A stretch of 53,864 nucleotides of DNA, from the IMG/VR virus record IMGVR_UViG_3300045988_098128, positions 1 through 53,864 of that record; one strand, written 5' to 3'. Below are positions 23,707 through 33,683 of the stretch, in pieces. Origin of the DNA: a virus. The position numbers were made by a program, and so were the translations under genes. A model generated the notes under the pieces. That model did no database searches. It saw nothing but the letters and a program-made list of their open reading frames with translations, and had not been told where the DNA came from. Numbering within the stretch: the stretch's first letter is position 1; every line of letters starts with the position of its first letter.

Positions 23707-24206
23707 GAGAACACCTCCTTTGCGATGTCGTATATTCTTCGGCGCATTTCCTCGGAAGCGTCCCACATGCAGCGGTTGGCATTGTTGCCGTGAGTTCTTA
23801 TTCTTCCGTTGCCGAGGTCTTCACCGTTCGTTCCAGGGTCTCCGCGATAGTACCATGTGTAGTTTTGACCGTAGCCCTTGCCGTATGCACCACGAATCAT
23901 GCCGAGTTCGTCAGCCTTGGGATGCGTCACGGGATTATATACGCCGGTTCCGAATTCGATAAACAGTATTGATTCACCCGAAGCGTTTATGGCAAGCGTG
24001 TGTTCGTCAAGCCATGTCGGCGAAGAATCAACCACAACATCATTTACACCGTCATACTCCGCACTTTGAAAATGGATTGCCGCCTGCGTTATGCCTATGT
24101 CGGCGAGTTTTTCAAGAAACGTGTTCAGTTTTGCTCCGAGACTGCGCGTGTAGTCCTTTATCTGTCGCGCGACTTTCCACGTGTTTCTTATTCTGATGTT
24201 TATCAT
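23703..24206 (-). CDS. head-tail joining protein (HK97 gp10-like position)
   Basis: Called by synteny in the connector module. Confidence 0.5.
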   Translation of the reverse strand: MINIRIRNTWKVARQIKDYTRSLGAKLNTFLEKLADIGITQAAIHFQSAEYDGVNDVVVDSSPTWLDEHTLAINASGESILFIEFGTGVYNPVTHPKADELGMIRGAYGKGYGQNYTWYYRGDPGTNGEDLGNGRIRTHGNNANRCMWDASEEMRRRIYDIAKEVFS

Positions 24207-24595
24207 CCGTCGACCGTCACCCGCCTTATCGCATAGGAAACGCTGTTTAACGACCGTGCAGCTTTTGTCACAATGTAGTCGTATTCCATGCGCCCGTTCG
24301 CGTCATAGGTTAAAGGCTTGTCGATGCATAATACGGTGTGTTCGTCAATCTCAAAATTCGGTTCATCTATCACAATAATTTTGTCGTACTGTATATCCGT
24401 TCCGAACGTTTCAACTATAACGTCGCCATACATCGAAGCCGACTTAGCCGCCGATATGTTAGCCTTATACTTCTTCGGAGTTGAGTATTTCGCAGTGTGT
24501 TCTCCCGTGTACAGTCCGTTTTCGTCTTTTCCGTCCTCGTTTCCGAGATATAGTGCATACCAAAATTCGCGCTTGTTCTTTTTCAAACATCTCAT
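24203..24595 (-). CDS. head closure / head-tail adaptor protein
   Basis: Called by synteny, with ATGA overlaps on both sides. Confidence 0.5.
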   Translation of the reverse strand: MRCLKKNKREFWYALYLGNEDGKDENGLYTGEHTAKYSTPKKYKANISAAKSASMYGDVIVETFGTDIQYDKIIVIDEPNFEIDEHTVLCIDKPLTYDANGRMEYDYIVTKAARSLNSVSYAIRRVTVDG

Positions 24596-24897
24596 GTCGG
24601 TCTGCCTACTTTCGGAATGATTTCATTTAGAAGCTGTTCGGACACCCATTCGGAACTCCACTTTCGGTCAATACCGTTTTCGGAATGAGAGAGCTGCCCA
24701 GACGCGCCGAGCCTGTTGTACATGTCTTCCGCTATGCGTATTTTGAGGTCTCTGTACCGTTCTTCAAATGTAGCATTCTCTCCCCCAAAGGGGAAACGGC
24801 GGGAGATTATGATATTTTCCGCGCTTTCAAGCAGCTCATAGAGAATGCGTGTATCACTTTCTTCCGTTCTGATTTTCAAGCGTTCAATGTCGGTCAT
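24592..24897 (-). CDS. head-tail connector (gp6-like DNA-packaging) protein
   Basis: The N-terminal pattern IERLKIRTEESDTRILYELLESAENIIISRRFPFG is typical of the gp6-like family. Confidence 0.6.
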   Translation of the reverse strand: MTDIERLKIRTEESDTRILYELLESAENIIISRRFPFGGENATFEERYRDLKIRIAEDMYNRLGASGQLSHSENGIDRKWSSEWVSEQLLNEIIPKVGRPT

Positions 24898-24912
24898 TTT
24901 CTCCCGCCTTTC

Positions 24913-25104
24913 TCATTTCTTTTTGCGTGTGTTAGTTGTTGTCTTCGGCTTTTCTTCCGCTACAACAGTCTTTTCTTTCTCTTCGGTTATCACTCCGTGC
25001 GCCGAAAGTTCCGCAGTATCGGAGGAAGATATCTCAAACTTTTCTCCCGCATTGTGCCACACACCACGGTAATTAACCGAATATTTAGGTGTGAGGTAAA
25101 TCAT
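24913..25104 (-). CDS. hypothetical small protein (63 aa)
   Basis: ORF directly after the capsid gene. Confidence 0.45.
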   Translation of the reverse strand: MIYLTPKYSVNYRGVWHNAGEKFEISSSDTAELSAHGVITEEKEKTVVAEEKPKTTTNTRKKK

Positions 25105-26171
25105 CAGGCAGTTACCTTGAGAGTTACAACTTCGTTCATTCTCTCGTAGGAAGGAAGAACGATTTCGGAAGCGTAGATATTTGTGACGGCGGGATGAATT
25201 TGTACATTCTGTGTAATTGTGATGCCTGTATCAACAATGCTGACTTCTGTGTTCGCGCCGGAAATAAGTCTCGCTTCCTCGGGAGTTGTGCCGTACCAAG
25301 TTCTGCCCAGTGTACCTTCGGGAATGAATGTAACATATCCGTCGGGAACGAATGATTTGGTTGCGCCGCTTTCGTTCTTATACTTCTTCGAGTAAACAAT
25401 AGGTCTGATTCCGGTTTCGTTTTCGATAACATCAGAAGCTCTTGCGCCTGTTACATAGCTCTGAACAACGCCCGATGTTGAAATAATGGAGTTCTTAACA
25501 GCGGAGGTGGCTTTCAGAAGGTTGAATGTTGCGGAGGACATAATGGCATATCTTATTTCAGAACCTGAAACGTCAGCTGCCTTGTTCTTCATATCCTCGA
25601 AGTCCTTAATCGGGTCCGCCGTGGAAGCCGCTGACCAAAGAGCTGTAGAGGTAAGTGCAGAATAGTTGTTAGTCTTCCATGTATCGTTGGGGTCGTAGTC
25701 GTATTCATAGGCTACACCGTTCGCTTTTATTGAAATAGCCATATCGCCACTTTCGGGGAAAAGAAGAGACATTCTCATACGTTCAGAGACAACGTGAGCG
25801 CCGTCAATGAGGTCTCTTAAATAGTCAAAAGTGCGATTAAGTATAGCCAGTGCGTAAGGTTCATTAGAATCTCGCACCTGAAGGAATTCCTGAATGTCAT
25901 TTTCAGAGAGCTTATGAGCTGCGCGGAAAAAAGGCATTTCTGTTTCGAATCTTGAAAGTTCGCCAATCTCACGATAAGTTGCCTGAGCGTCAAAAGCTGA
26001 AGGAGCGAGAGAAACAGGAAGTCCACCGTATCCTTTTACCCAAGCAAGACGCAGTCCTGTCTTCTTTTCGGCAGGGAAAAGTCCTTCGCCGAAATATGGA
26101 ATTCTGTTAGAGGCTGTCTGCTCATAGTTGGCTGCAATTACGCGCGGCGTGATAAATTCGCTAAGATTCAT
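25104..26171 (-). CDS. major capsid protein (phage capsid E-like)
   Basis: 355 aa, located after the scaffold. The N-terminal pattern ...NRIPYFGEGLFPAEKKTGLRLAWVKG... is present. Confidence 0.8.
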   Translation of the reverse strand: MNLSEFITPRVIAANYEQTASNRIPYFGEGLFPAEKKTGLRLAWVKGYGGLPVSLAPSAFDAQATYREIGELSRFETEMPFFRAAHKLSENDIQEFLQVRDSNEPYALAILNRTFDYLRDLIDGAHVVSERMRMSLLFPESGDMAISIKANGVAYEYDYDPNDTWKTNNYSALTSTALWSAASTADPIKDFEDMKNKAADVSGSEIRYAIMSSATFNLLKATSAVKNSIISTSGVVQSYVTGARASDVIENETGIRPIVYSKKYKNESGATKSFVPDGYVTFIPEGTLGRTWYGTTPEEARLISGANTEVSIVDTGITITQNVQIHPAVTNIYASEIVLPSYERMNEVVTLKVTA

Positions 26172-26191
26172 TATTCAAGTCTCCTTTCAAA

Positions 26192-26524
26192 TTAAACGTT
26201 AGTCTCTGTGTCGGTTCTTATAACAAGTCCCGAAACAGCAGTGCCAAGAGTTGAAATGTCTATGCCGGAGTGAGCCTTTGCTTTAACACCGTCTATAACG
26301 CCCTGTACAACGATTGCACCGTTGGGATTGACTGTCGGGTCAACGTCATAAAGAAGTACGCCTACAGCACCCGTAACACCGCTTGTGGGAGCTGTGCCGT
26401 CTGCTGTGAGCGGAGTTCCGGCTTTAACAAGGGATGTGCCACCCACTGTAATGGGAATTGCATTGTAGTTATTAGTCGCAAGAATAGTGAACATCTTGCC
26501 GGATTTTGTTTCTTTTACCTGCAT
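26192..26524 (-). CDS. capsid accessory / decoration-like protein
   Basis: 110-aa, Gly/Thr/Val-rich ORF between the scaffold and capsid genes. Confidence 0.5.
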   Translation of the reverse strand: MQVKETKSGKMFTILATNNYNAIPITVGGTSLVKAGTPLTADGTAPTSGVTGAVGVLLYDVDPTVNPNGAIVVQGVIDGVKAKAHSGIDISTLGTAVSGLVIRTDTETNV

Positions 26525-26549
26525 TTTCTATCTCCTTTTTTAAAATTTT

Positions 26550-27119
26550 TTAAAACTTCAAATAATGTTCAAGTGCGTTCTTATTGACTTGATTAGCTTC
26601 TGCGGTACGTTTGCCGAGCTGTTTTGCGAGAGCAATTTCAGGACTGTCTTTTTCAGTGTTGCTCCCACCGTTTGGATGAAGCCCGCGTTCAATATTTTCC
26701 TTGAACCTCTTTTCACATTCGGCGTTATATTTCTTCTGATTTTCGAGAACCGCGTCCATGTCACCGTTGAATATTGCTTCTGCGGTAGACTTTGCAAGTT
26801 CGGGAGAGTATCCGACTTCCAGGTATTTAGCGGTGTTCTCGGCAATAGAGGTCTTTTTCAGCAGTTCATTGTATTTGTCCTGTAGTTCCTTCATTGCTTC
26901 GTCGGACTGAGCCTTAGCCGCTTCTTCGGAGGTCATTTTCTCTTTAAGGCTTCTCTTTGCCGCCGCGAGGTCAGACGCGGTCTTGTCAAGCAGCTCTTTC
27001 TTTACATATCCCGATAAGTCGACTTTTTCAGGGATATCAAGTCCGAGAAGAGCCTTGACCTGGTCTTCCGCGCTCATTGCGTCGAATCCTTCGATTGTTG
27101 AGGTGTCAATGTTAGGCAT
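26550..27119 (-). CDS. scaffolding protein (DUF4355-like)
   Basis: Helical and Lys/Glu-rich. Called from its position upstream of the capsid gene. Confidence 0.7.
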   Translation of the reverse strand: MPNIDTSTIEGFDAMSAEDQVKALLGLDIPEKVDLSGYVKKELLDKTASDLAAAKRSLKEKMTSEEAAKAQSDEAMKELQDKYNELLKKTSIAENTAKYLEVGYSPELAKSTAEAIFNGDMDAVLENQKKYNAECEKRFKENIERGLHPNGGSNTEKDSPEIALAKQLGKRTAEANQVNKNALEHYLKF

Positions 27120-27255
27120 AATAAATTCTCCTTGCGTTTTTCGGTCTTCTCTGACCTGATATTTTTTGCGCTTTTATACTGCATCTCCGCAGTCTGCGAA
27201 TTTTATAAAGCGACTTCTCTGCCGCTGATATATTAAGGCATGAGCCGTATATCCG

Positions 27256-27906
27256 TTATTTTCTTTCTATAGGTGCGAGGTAACATCTGCAATGCCAGTG
27301 TTGCTTGTCGGGCGCTTCGTTAATAGGGAATATTTCTCCGTCAAGCGGCTTGCAAATCTCGCACACCTTTTCGTCCTCTTGCGTCACCCACATCACATAC
27401 TCAACTCCCGCGTCCTTGTATGCTCTGAGTACCGTCTCGTCAGTCACTATATCGGCGTATTGGGCGGTCATATTCGACCATAGGCTTACTGCACGTCTCC
27501 ACTCGCTGTTAACGTCCGAACGCGTCCTGAGAGCTTCTGAAAGCCTGTCGCGCTTTCTTAAGACTTCGTTCTCGTATTCGTACTTTGTTACGGAATTCGG
27601 AGACGAGAGGACAGTCTCAACAAGGGTCTTTTTTGCTTTTGCGGAAATTTTTCCGATGTCCTTGTAACCGTATCGGCTTACTTCTTCGCCTATTTCTTCA
27701 TATATGGCAAAGGCAAGTTCTAACATCGTGTCCCGTAAATCGCTGTCAAGGTTCTTGTAAAGCGTCGCGACGGTCTTTATAATGTGAAGCTCGTCGAATT
27801 TAGCAAGTCTTATTGAGGACTTAGCTTTTTCAAACCGCCGTATTGTCTTCTTCCGCAGTATTTCTATCGCCCTGTCCGTCGTTATGTACCGTTCTTGCAT
27901 TCTCAA
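27256..27906 (-). CDS. head morphogenesis protein (SPP1 gp7 / Mu F-like)
   Basis: The C-terminal motif VMWVTQEDEKVCEICKPLDGEIF...HWHCRCYLAPI is present. Confidence 0.8.
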   Translation of the reverse strand: MRMQERYITTDRAIEILRKKTIRRFEKAKSSIRLAKFDELHIIKTVATLYKNLDSDLRDTMLELAFAIYEEIGEEVSRYGYKDIGKISAKAKKTLVETVLSSPNSVTKYEYENEVLRKRDRLSEALRTRSDVNSEWRRAVSLWSNMTAQYADIVTDETVLRAYKDAGVEYVMWVTQEDEKVCEICKPLDGEIFPINEAPDKQHWHCRCYLAPIERK

Positions 27907-29353
27907 GCTCCTTTTCTAAGCTGTTTTCAAGTTCGGACTGTGCTTCTTCATACCACTCCATACCGCGCTGGTATGCATTCTCTACATCTGTAAACAAGCC
28001 GGAAATGTCGTAAGCGTCGCGCGGATGAACCTTTTCGTTGTTGAGCAGTTCGCAAAGAACCTGTGCTTTCGATTGAATGTCGGTGAGGTTTTCGCGGGTA
28101 AACTGAATCTTAACATCGTTCGGGTCGAGGTCGAGAATGCCCTTGTCTTTGTAGATTTTGAGAATCAGCTTCAAAATCTCTCTTTCCGAACGCGCAAATA
28201 GCTTTTCAGTGTCGTTTGCTCGCGCGGAAGCATCCTGCCAACCGTTGCGGAATCTCGTTCCCATGCCCGTGTCCGCGGCAGAAGAGTTTCCGGCTCTTGT
28301 CGGCATACCCGTTATTTCGTCAATGTAATCGTACAGCGCGTCTATTTCCGTCTGAACGCCAGTCTGAGAGATTTCAGAGGATATGCGGTAAACCTTTGCT
28401 TCCGTTCCCTGACCGCTTCTGATACAGATACACTGACCGCCCCTTGCAAGCTCCTTGTATGTGTTCTCGTCGATTTCGCAGTTTTGGAACACGTCATAGG
28501 CGTTCACAAAGTCAACAACATTGTCAACGCGAGCGGATTCAAGAGTGTTTATCATATTGATAGGCGAGAGAACCGTCTCAAACGCTCCTAAACGAGCTTC
28601 ATTCAGCGGATATTCCACTATCGGAACGCGCCCGAAGTCGTAAGCAAGCCAGTCTACAACGTCGTTGCCCTTTACGGTGTATCTTCCTTCCGGCACATAA
28701 ACGTAGTAAATGCGGTTGTCATCCTCGTCATACTGTTTCAGCACACCCGCAAGAGGTTTTCTGCCGATACCCGAAGAGTAGATAACAAACGCTTCTCTCG
28801 GGTCGAGTGAGTAAAGCGCGGCGGGGCTTCCGTCTTTTTCGTTGTCTGGGTCGGGAAGAACCATTCGTGGCTCAACTCCGCATATGTGCATCCAGTCGGA
28901 ACACTCTTTATCCTTCGATTCTTTGCCTTCGGAAGTCATAAGAACGTTCAAATAAGCTACCTTGTCGGATACGTCTTCTTTTCCGTTCGCCGCTACATAC
29001 TGAATGGGAGAGCTGAGAAAAAACGAGGATTTAAAAGTGACTATCTTGTTTGGAAGGTTGACAGTGACCTTGTTGTTGTTGTCGGGTCTTACAGTCTTGT
29101 CTTTATAGCGGATATCCATTATTCCGCGATAAACGTCATATAAGTAATTTATTTCCGCGACATTTGCGCTGTCAAAGCCGAGCGAATCTTCAAGCACGGA
29201 CACAACGTTGTCGGCGGTTATTTTTTGTTTGTTCGTTAGTATCTTTCGCCGACCATGAAGGCTATCACAAGTAGTAAGGCGAACAATATCATTTTCAAGC
29301 ACGTGGAAAACCTCCGTGTAAACAAAAATAGGGGCTACCCGTATGTTTTCCAT
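27830..29353 (-). CDS. portal protein
   Basis: 507 aa, downstream of TerL and upstream of the gp7-like gene. Confidence 0.8.
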   Translation of the reverse strand: MENIRVAPIFVYTEVFHVLENDIVRLTTCDSLHGRRKILTNKQKITADNVVSVLEDSLGFDSANVAEINYLYDVYRGIMDIRYKDKTVRPDNNNKVTVNLPNKIVTFKSSFFLSSPIQYVAANGKEDVSDKVAYLNVLMTSEGKESKDKECSDWMHICGVEPRMVLPDPDNEKDGSPAALYSLDPREAFVIYSSGIGRKPLAGVLKQYDEDDNRIYYVYVPEGRYTVKGNDVVDWLAYDFGRVPIVEYPLNEARLGAFETVLSPINMINTLESARVDNVVDFVNAYDVFQNCEIDENTYKELARGGQCICIRSGQGTEAKVYRISSEISQTGVQTEIDALYDYIDEITGMPTRAGNSSAADTGMGTRFRNGWQDASARANDTEKLFARSEREILKLILKIYKDKGILDLDPNDVKIQFTRENLTDIQSKAQVLCELLNNEKVHPRDAYDISGLFTDVENAYQRGMEWYEEAQSELENSLEKELENARTVHNDGQGDRNTAEEDNTAV

Positions 29354-29391
29354 ACGAATAGCCCCTATCGGCTCTTACTGTAACCCGATTG

Positions 29392-29574
29392 TTACAGCGT
29401 TTTTATAGTGTATTTAGCTTTTCTCGAAGCGGTTATTTCAAGTATAGTGACCTCTTCGCGCGATTTCTTAATTTTAACGTCATTGCCGCGTTCCAAAATC
29501 TCGTTGATTATGAGAAGCGCGTCTTCTTTGACATACTTGTGACGGTGCGCGTGTTTCTCTTCTTCCATAGCCAC
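29392..29574 (-). CDS. hypothetical small protein (60 aa)
   Basis: ORF fills the gap between TerL and the portal gene. Confidence 0.45.
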   Translation of the reverse strand: MAMEEEKHAHRHKYVKEDALLIINEILERGNDVKIKKSREEVTILEITASRKAKYTIKTL

Positions 29575-29575
29575 C

Positions 29576-31282
29576 TCAATAAGGTCTTTGTATTACTCTT
29601 ACCGTCTGCGTCTCAAACGATTGAATGAAGTCTGCAAGCATTGAGAATGCATCGGGTACATCGTCATGTGCGTTTCTTCCCGCCATAGTATAACTGCAAA
29701 GCATACCGAGCGCGCGTTTATACTCTTTGTTGTTCTTTATAACACTATTGTCCTTGAAAAGGAAATGCTCTTTGACAAATGGAGAATCAACTATAATTCG
29801 CGTAGCCTTGTTTGCTGTCGAATATTTTGTAGTGATTCTTGTTATGCCGCCGCGCGTTTTTACCTCTTTTTGAACCTTTTCCGCGATTTTTCCACCCGCA
29901 GAGTTTGATTCAAAACGGCTCAATTTGACTTTGTGCCGTAAAAGAATCTCGACAAGCCTTGTTTCAACTATTTCGGGATTATTGTTGTCGCAGATTATTT
30001 CTTCGATGTAGAAGTCATTGCCGTACTGGTAAGCAATAGGCATTACGCAGTAGTCCGCCCCTTTGTCCTTTGTGTCGCAAACCGATATGATAGCATCCGG
30101 CGAATCCGAGGGAAGTTCAAAATAACGTCTGAGTTCGTCCTCGTTGTAGAGAAGTCCCTCGCGCTCTATAGGTTGATTCATGAACAAAGCTCGCCACGAG
30201 CAGTCGTCAAGGTTGTTTTTCATGTCCTCGAAGTATTCCTTATCAAAGCCGACACCATAGCGGTAATTGAAATTGCTTTCGCCGTCCTCGTCAACCGCAG
30301 GCATCACCAAAAACTGAGCTTTCGGAGAATCCGCGTACATTGTTTGCAGTCTCCCTATAGGGTCATGCACCGACCATCTTGTAGCAAGGTGCAATTCTTT
30401 GCAGTTTAGTTTCTTTCTCGACTTCAAATCGTTCGTGTAAGCCGTCCAGAGCTTGTCAAGTCGTTCAATGCTCAATGCTTCCTCAATACCCGACACAAGG
30501 TCATCAGCGGTCAGAAGTTTTTCACAACGCGTAGCACCCGTAAGGGAAGCGCCTATAGCACGGCAGGTGAGCGACGAAAATCGGTGTTTCTTGCCGAGGT
30601 CTATCGTCTGTTCCTTTGCATTGGTTATAATTGTGCCTGCCGCAGGATACACGTCGTGCCATAAATAATCAGGGTCTGACAGAATGCTGTTTACGCCGTC
30701 ATATATTGAGTTAGTGAGCGTTCCCGAATGTCCCGAAGCAAGGGAACAGCTGTCGGGAAACGCGCCTATCATCATCGAATGCAGGAAAATTTCGAGAGTT
30801 GACTTTCCCGTTCCAGGCGGAAGAGAGATTGATAATATGTCAAGTTCTCCGTCCACAAGCTTTTGCATTGCACGGCAGACAGGTTCGAGCTGCTTTCTTC
30901 TCGGTATCCAGAATCTTTTCTCAGGCTCTCGCTGAAGTTCTATATACTGCATGTAGCTGTCGAGCCTTAATCCTTGCGCTTCAAGCAAAAGCACAGCCTT
31001 AAAAAGAGAATTCGCGTCTTTCGATTTATTTTGTATAATTCGCTCCGTGCAATATCTCTTCAAAGTCTCCGAATACCGCCACTTTTCAGCACAGTTATTC
31101 ATCGAAGACAGCACCGAATACAATGCCGTATAATGCTTCATGTTTTCAGGTTCGGCTTTGATGTGAGAGAGAATATTGTCCGCTACGTCAAGATAACGCT
31201 TGTCTGTATGCTCACCTGCCATTATCTCCGCTTGCAGTGCTTCCATTCTCGCCCACCTCTTCCATTCGCCTGAAATAATCAC
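29576..31282 (-). CDS. terL: terminase large subunit
   Basis: Walker A motif SLPPGTGKST and a size of about 560 aa. The true start may be an internal Met (31246 or 31222), which would reduce the overlap with the upstream ORF. Confidence 0.85.
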   Translation of the reverse strand: MIISGEWKRWARMEALQAEIMAGEHTDKRYLDVADNILSHIKAEPENMKHYTALYSVLSSMNNCAEKWRYSETLKRYCTERIIQNKSKDANSLFKAVLLLEAQGLRLDSYMQYIELQREPEKRFWIPRRKQLEPVCRAMQKLVDGELDILSISLPPGTGKSTLEIFLHSMMIGAFPDSCSLASGHSGTLTNSIYDGVNSILSDPDYLWHDVYPAAGTIITNAKEQTIDLGKKHRFSSLTCRAIGASLTGATRCEKLLTADDLVSGIEEALSIERLDKLWTAYTNDLKSRKKLNCKELHLATRWSVHDPIGRLQTMYADSPKAQFLVMPAVDEDGESNFNYRYGVGFDKEYFEDMKNNLDDCSWRALFMNQPIEREGLLYNEDELRRYFELPSDSPDAIISVCDTKDKGADYCVMPIAYQYGNDFYIEEIICDNNNPEIVETRLVEILLRHKVKLSRFESNSAGGKIAEKVQKEVKTRGGITRITTKYSTANKATRIIVDSPFVKEHFLFKDNSVIKNNKEYKRALGMLCSYTMAGRNAHDDVPDAFSMLADFIQSFETQTVRVIQRPY

Positions 31283-31625
31283 GAAATACAGATTTTATCT
31301 TCTGATACCACCTATACTGTACCGTGTGAACAGCCGCAGAATCGTCTATTACCATCCACAAGTCAAGATTGCTTTTCCTTTTCCACCCGATTTCAAACGT
31401 TTTCGGGATGAAATCGCATTGCGTATACACTGTAACATTGCACGGTTCTTTCAATGCTTTCAGCCCTTCGGCTATAGCAACCATTGTACAACGTATTGAG
31501 TTCCATCCGGCAATTCTTCCGCTAATGTATTTCTCATGCTTGCCATACCTCAACAGTGTCTGCCAATACCCAATTCCGCTATCTTCGATAAAACCTCCGA
31601 AAACGTATATATCGACATATCTCAT
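31212..31625 (-). CDS. RNase H-like (DEDD) protein
   Basis: VDIYVFGG..., ...MVAIAEGLKAL..., ...VYTQCDF... and ...NLDLWMVIDD follow the spacing of the RNase HI catalytic residues. The ATG at 31625 follows GAGGTG. Confidence 0.5.
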   Translation of the reverse strand: MRYVDIYVFGGFIEDSGIGYWQTLLRYGKHEKYISGRIAGWNSIRCTMVAIAEGLKALKEPCNVTVYTQCDFIPKTFEIGWKRKSNLDLWMVIDDSAAVHTVQYRWYQKIKSVFRDYFRRMEEVGENGSTASGDNGR

Positions 31626-31963
31626 ACACACCTCAGAGGTCTTTTTTGTTTTTGCGCGATTTTTGAAAAACAGAGCAAAGACATTTACAAAATCCTGATT
31701 ACAAAAGCCCTAAGTTTTTTAGTTTTTGAGAATATTTGAGGGGCTAACACGCGCCTCGGCGTTCTACGGCCGTCAACCACCCAGTGTCGCATATCGGGCA
31801 TCTCTTCCCCGAATTATACAAAATCTTCATTTTGCCTAATTGGATATGTGTTTGTCTGGGTGTGTCTGTACGCTCTCATAATGCTTTATACGCTTAACTA
31901 AGTCCTTCCCTGCCCTGTCGGTTAATCCGTGAATATATCGCTCTCGCGGCATTGTGGCGCGTC

Positions 31964-32596
31964 TCATGTGTCGCTTGTGTCCTTGATGTCGTATATCTCT
32001 ATTACATCATCAAGTTTTGGCGCGTCTATTTGCTTTGTGGGCGTTTGTGCGACCTCTAAGCGGGTGTTGTTTGAAAAGCCTTGCGAACTGTTGTTGAGCA
32101 AAAACATTGCGTACACGGGATTGAGTGAGCCGTCAGCACCTTTTTGGACGGTGTTTGCGGCTATGAGCGTCTTCATTCTTTTTATAATTGTAGAATGACG
32201 CTGACCTATACGCGACTTAGTCCCCCACTCTATAAGTGTAACACGGTCGACACCGAGAGCAACGGCGAGACTTGCCAGCGACGGGAAGGCGTGGTAACGG
32301 CTGCACCATGTAATATAGTCGTTGCAGCGCCGCTCGACCTCGTCCGCGCTGTCCAGGTCAACAGCCGGCAGCGCCATGAGCTCTTGTAGAGCGGTAATCG
32401 TATCGGGGTTTACTTCGGTAAGCGGCGTTCTCGGGTCGGAACATCCGTTTAATTCACACTCCAAACGTTCTCTTGCCGCAATCGCTTTGTTGTGATTGCT
32501 TGTCTTGCGCCCTTGCTTCTTCCGCTTCTTTTTCGGTTGTTCTACATTTGTAAGTTCCTCCGCCGTCTCAAAGCCTGCTATATGCTCAACTTCCAC
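31964..32596 (-). CDS. terS: terminase small subunit
   Basis: A basic N-terminus (KKKRKKQGRK) and the pattern ...CNDYITWCSRYHAFPSLASLAVALGVDRVTLIEW. It is the first gene of the late operon. Confidence 0.7.
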   Translation of the reverse strand: MEVEHIAGFETAEELTNVEQPKKKRKKQGRKTSNHNKAIAARERLECELNGCSDPRTPLTEVNPDTITALQELMALPAVDLDSADEVERRCNDYITWCSRYHAFPSLASLAVALGVDRVTLIEWGTKSRIGQRHSTIIKRMKTLIAANTVQKGADGSLNPVYAMFLLNNSSQGFSNNTRLEVAQTPTKQIDAPKLDDVIEIYDIKDTSDT

Positions 32597-32721
32597 TTCG
32601 CTTTCTCCCTTCCGTTTAATTTATTATATAACTATATTATAACAATAATATTGCAAATTAACATAATCCCATTTATTACTATAATATAACCATATTGGTA
32701 ATAGTGATATATTAAGGCTGA

Positions 32722-32761
32722 TTTCCTTTTACTTTCCTTTTCTTCCTCTCCCCCCTCCCCC
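32722..32761. repeat. pyrimidine tract ending in C-runs (tttccttttactttccttttcttcctctcccccctcccc)
   Basis: Read directly. It is the mirror counterpart of the purine tract at 39706-39817. Confidence 0.85.
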
Positions 32762-32835
32762 GTGATTGATTATAGCACTAAACTATACGTTTGTCAAGTG
32801 TGGAGCGGGAGTAAATTGTGTCTGAAATATTAACG

Positions 32836-32868
32836 GCAAAAAGAAAAGAGGCTTGCGCCCCCCTCTTG
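32836..32868 (-). terminator. intrinsic terminator of the RHH gene
   Basis: On the minus strand: stem aagagg/cctctt followed by ttctttttg. Confidence 0.55.
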
Positions 32869-32869
32869 C

Positions 32870-33193
32870 TTATATAAGCCCCTGCAACCGCTTTTTTATA
32901 GCCTCGTCAAAGTCTGATTTGTCCGGCTGCCTATCCGGCTTTAGCGCGTCCGCAACTCTCGCCAGGACTTCCCGCCGCGCTTCTTCTTTCGCTTTTTCTT
33001 CTACCTTTGTAAAATCCTCTATCCCTGCATAGTTGTCGACCGCTCTTGTAATATAAGCGTTGAGCGACAGCCCCGCCGCCTTGGCTTTCTCCGCCCACTG
33101 GCTTTTCTTCCCCTTTTCGGTCGTCAAATTAATGCGGTCATATGACTGCTTTATGTAGTCGTTTGCGTATTTTGTAGCGTCAAATTCTGCCAT
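32870..33193 (-). CDS. ribbon-helix-helix (CopG/Arc-like) DNA-binding protein
   Basis: YANDYIKQSYDRINLTTEKGKKSQWAEKAKAAGLSLNAYITRAV fits the RHH pattern (beta-strand, helix, helix). The ATG at 33193 follows GGAGGTGG. It is transcribed divergently from the cargo operon. Confidence 0.7.
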   Translation of the reverse strand: MAEFDATKYANDYIKQSYDRINLTTEKGKKSQWAEKAKAAGLSLNAYITRAVDNYAGIEDFTKVEEKAKEEARREVLARVADALKPDRQPDKSDFDEAIKKRLQGLI

Positions 33194-33217
33194 TTTCACC
33201 ACCTCCATTTTTCCCCA

Positions 33218-33247
33218 ATTTTAGCACACGCAAAACGCAAATGTCAA
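33218..33247 (-). promoter_or_regulatory. promoter of the RHH gene (TTGACA-18-TAAAAT)
   Basis: Read on the minus strand. Confidence 0.45.
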
Positions 33248-33251
33248 TATA

Positions 33252-33336
33252 CTATTTGCACAAAATAGATGCAATATATTTGTGTAATATTATTCGAAAT
33301 ATTTGCGCAAAACCTATTGACTATTTGCGCAAATAG
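33252..33336. promoter_or_regulatory. three TTTGC-GCAAA palindromic operator-like sites
   Basis: CTATTTGCGCAAATAG (33321-33336) is a perfect 16-bp palindrome lying inside the promoter spacer. atatttgcgcaaaa lies at 33298-33312 and ctatttgcacaaaatag at 33252-33268. Confidence 0.55.
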
Positions 33337-33345
33337 TGGTATAAT
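33317..33345 (+). promoter_or_regulatory. near-consensus promoter of the accessory operon (TTGACT-17-TATAAT)
   Basis: Spacing was verified. About 40 bp of it is shared with the promoter at 35146. Confidence 0.7.
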
Positions 33346-33425
33346 ATAAGTGTCAAAGGGAGAGAGCAAAAGCAACTCCCCCAAAAATAAAAAATGAAAA
33401 ATGAAAAAAATCAAGGAGAACAAAA

Positions 33426-33683
33426 ATGAAATACTACACACAGATGATTATCTCTACAGCCAGCTACACTACCGAGCTTGACCAGCCGCAGGAAATCGAA
33501 AAAAAGGAATTTACCCAAAAAAACGTCAATGACTGGTGCGAGCAGTACGCCGCCGACACTGGTGACAGCTCTGACATTGACTGCCTCGGCTTTGTCCTCA
33601 CCGACGAGAACGAAAACGAGATAGAAACGCTCTATTACCGAGAGCGTCGCGCCGATTATCACGGCTCACACAAAACCCACTAA
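33426..33683 (+). CDS. hypothetical acidic protein (85 aa)
   Basis: The RBS AAGGAGAA lies upstream. It is the first ORF after the promoter. Confidence 0.6.
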   Translation: MKYYTQMIISTASYTTELDQPQEIEKKEFTQKNVNDWCEQYAADTGDSSDIDCLGFVLTDENENEIETLYYRERRADYHGSHKTH

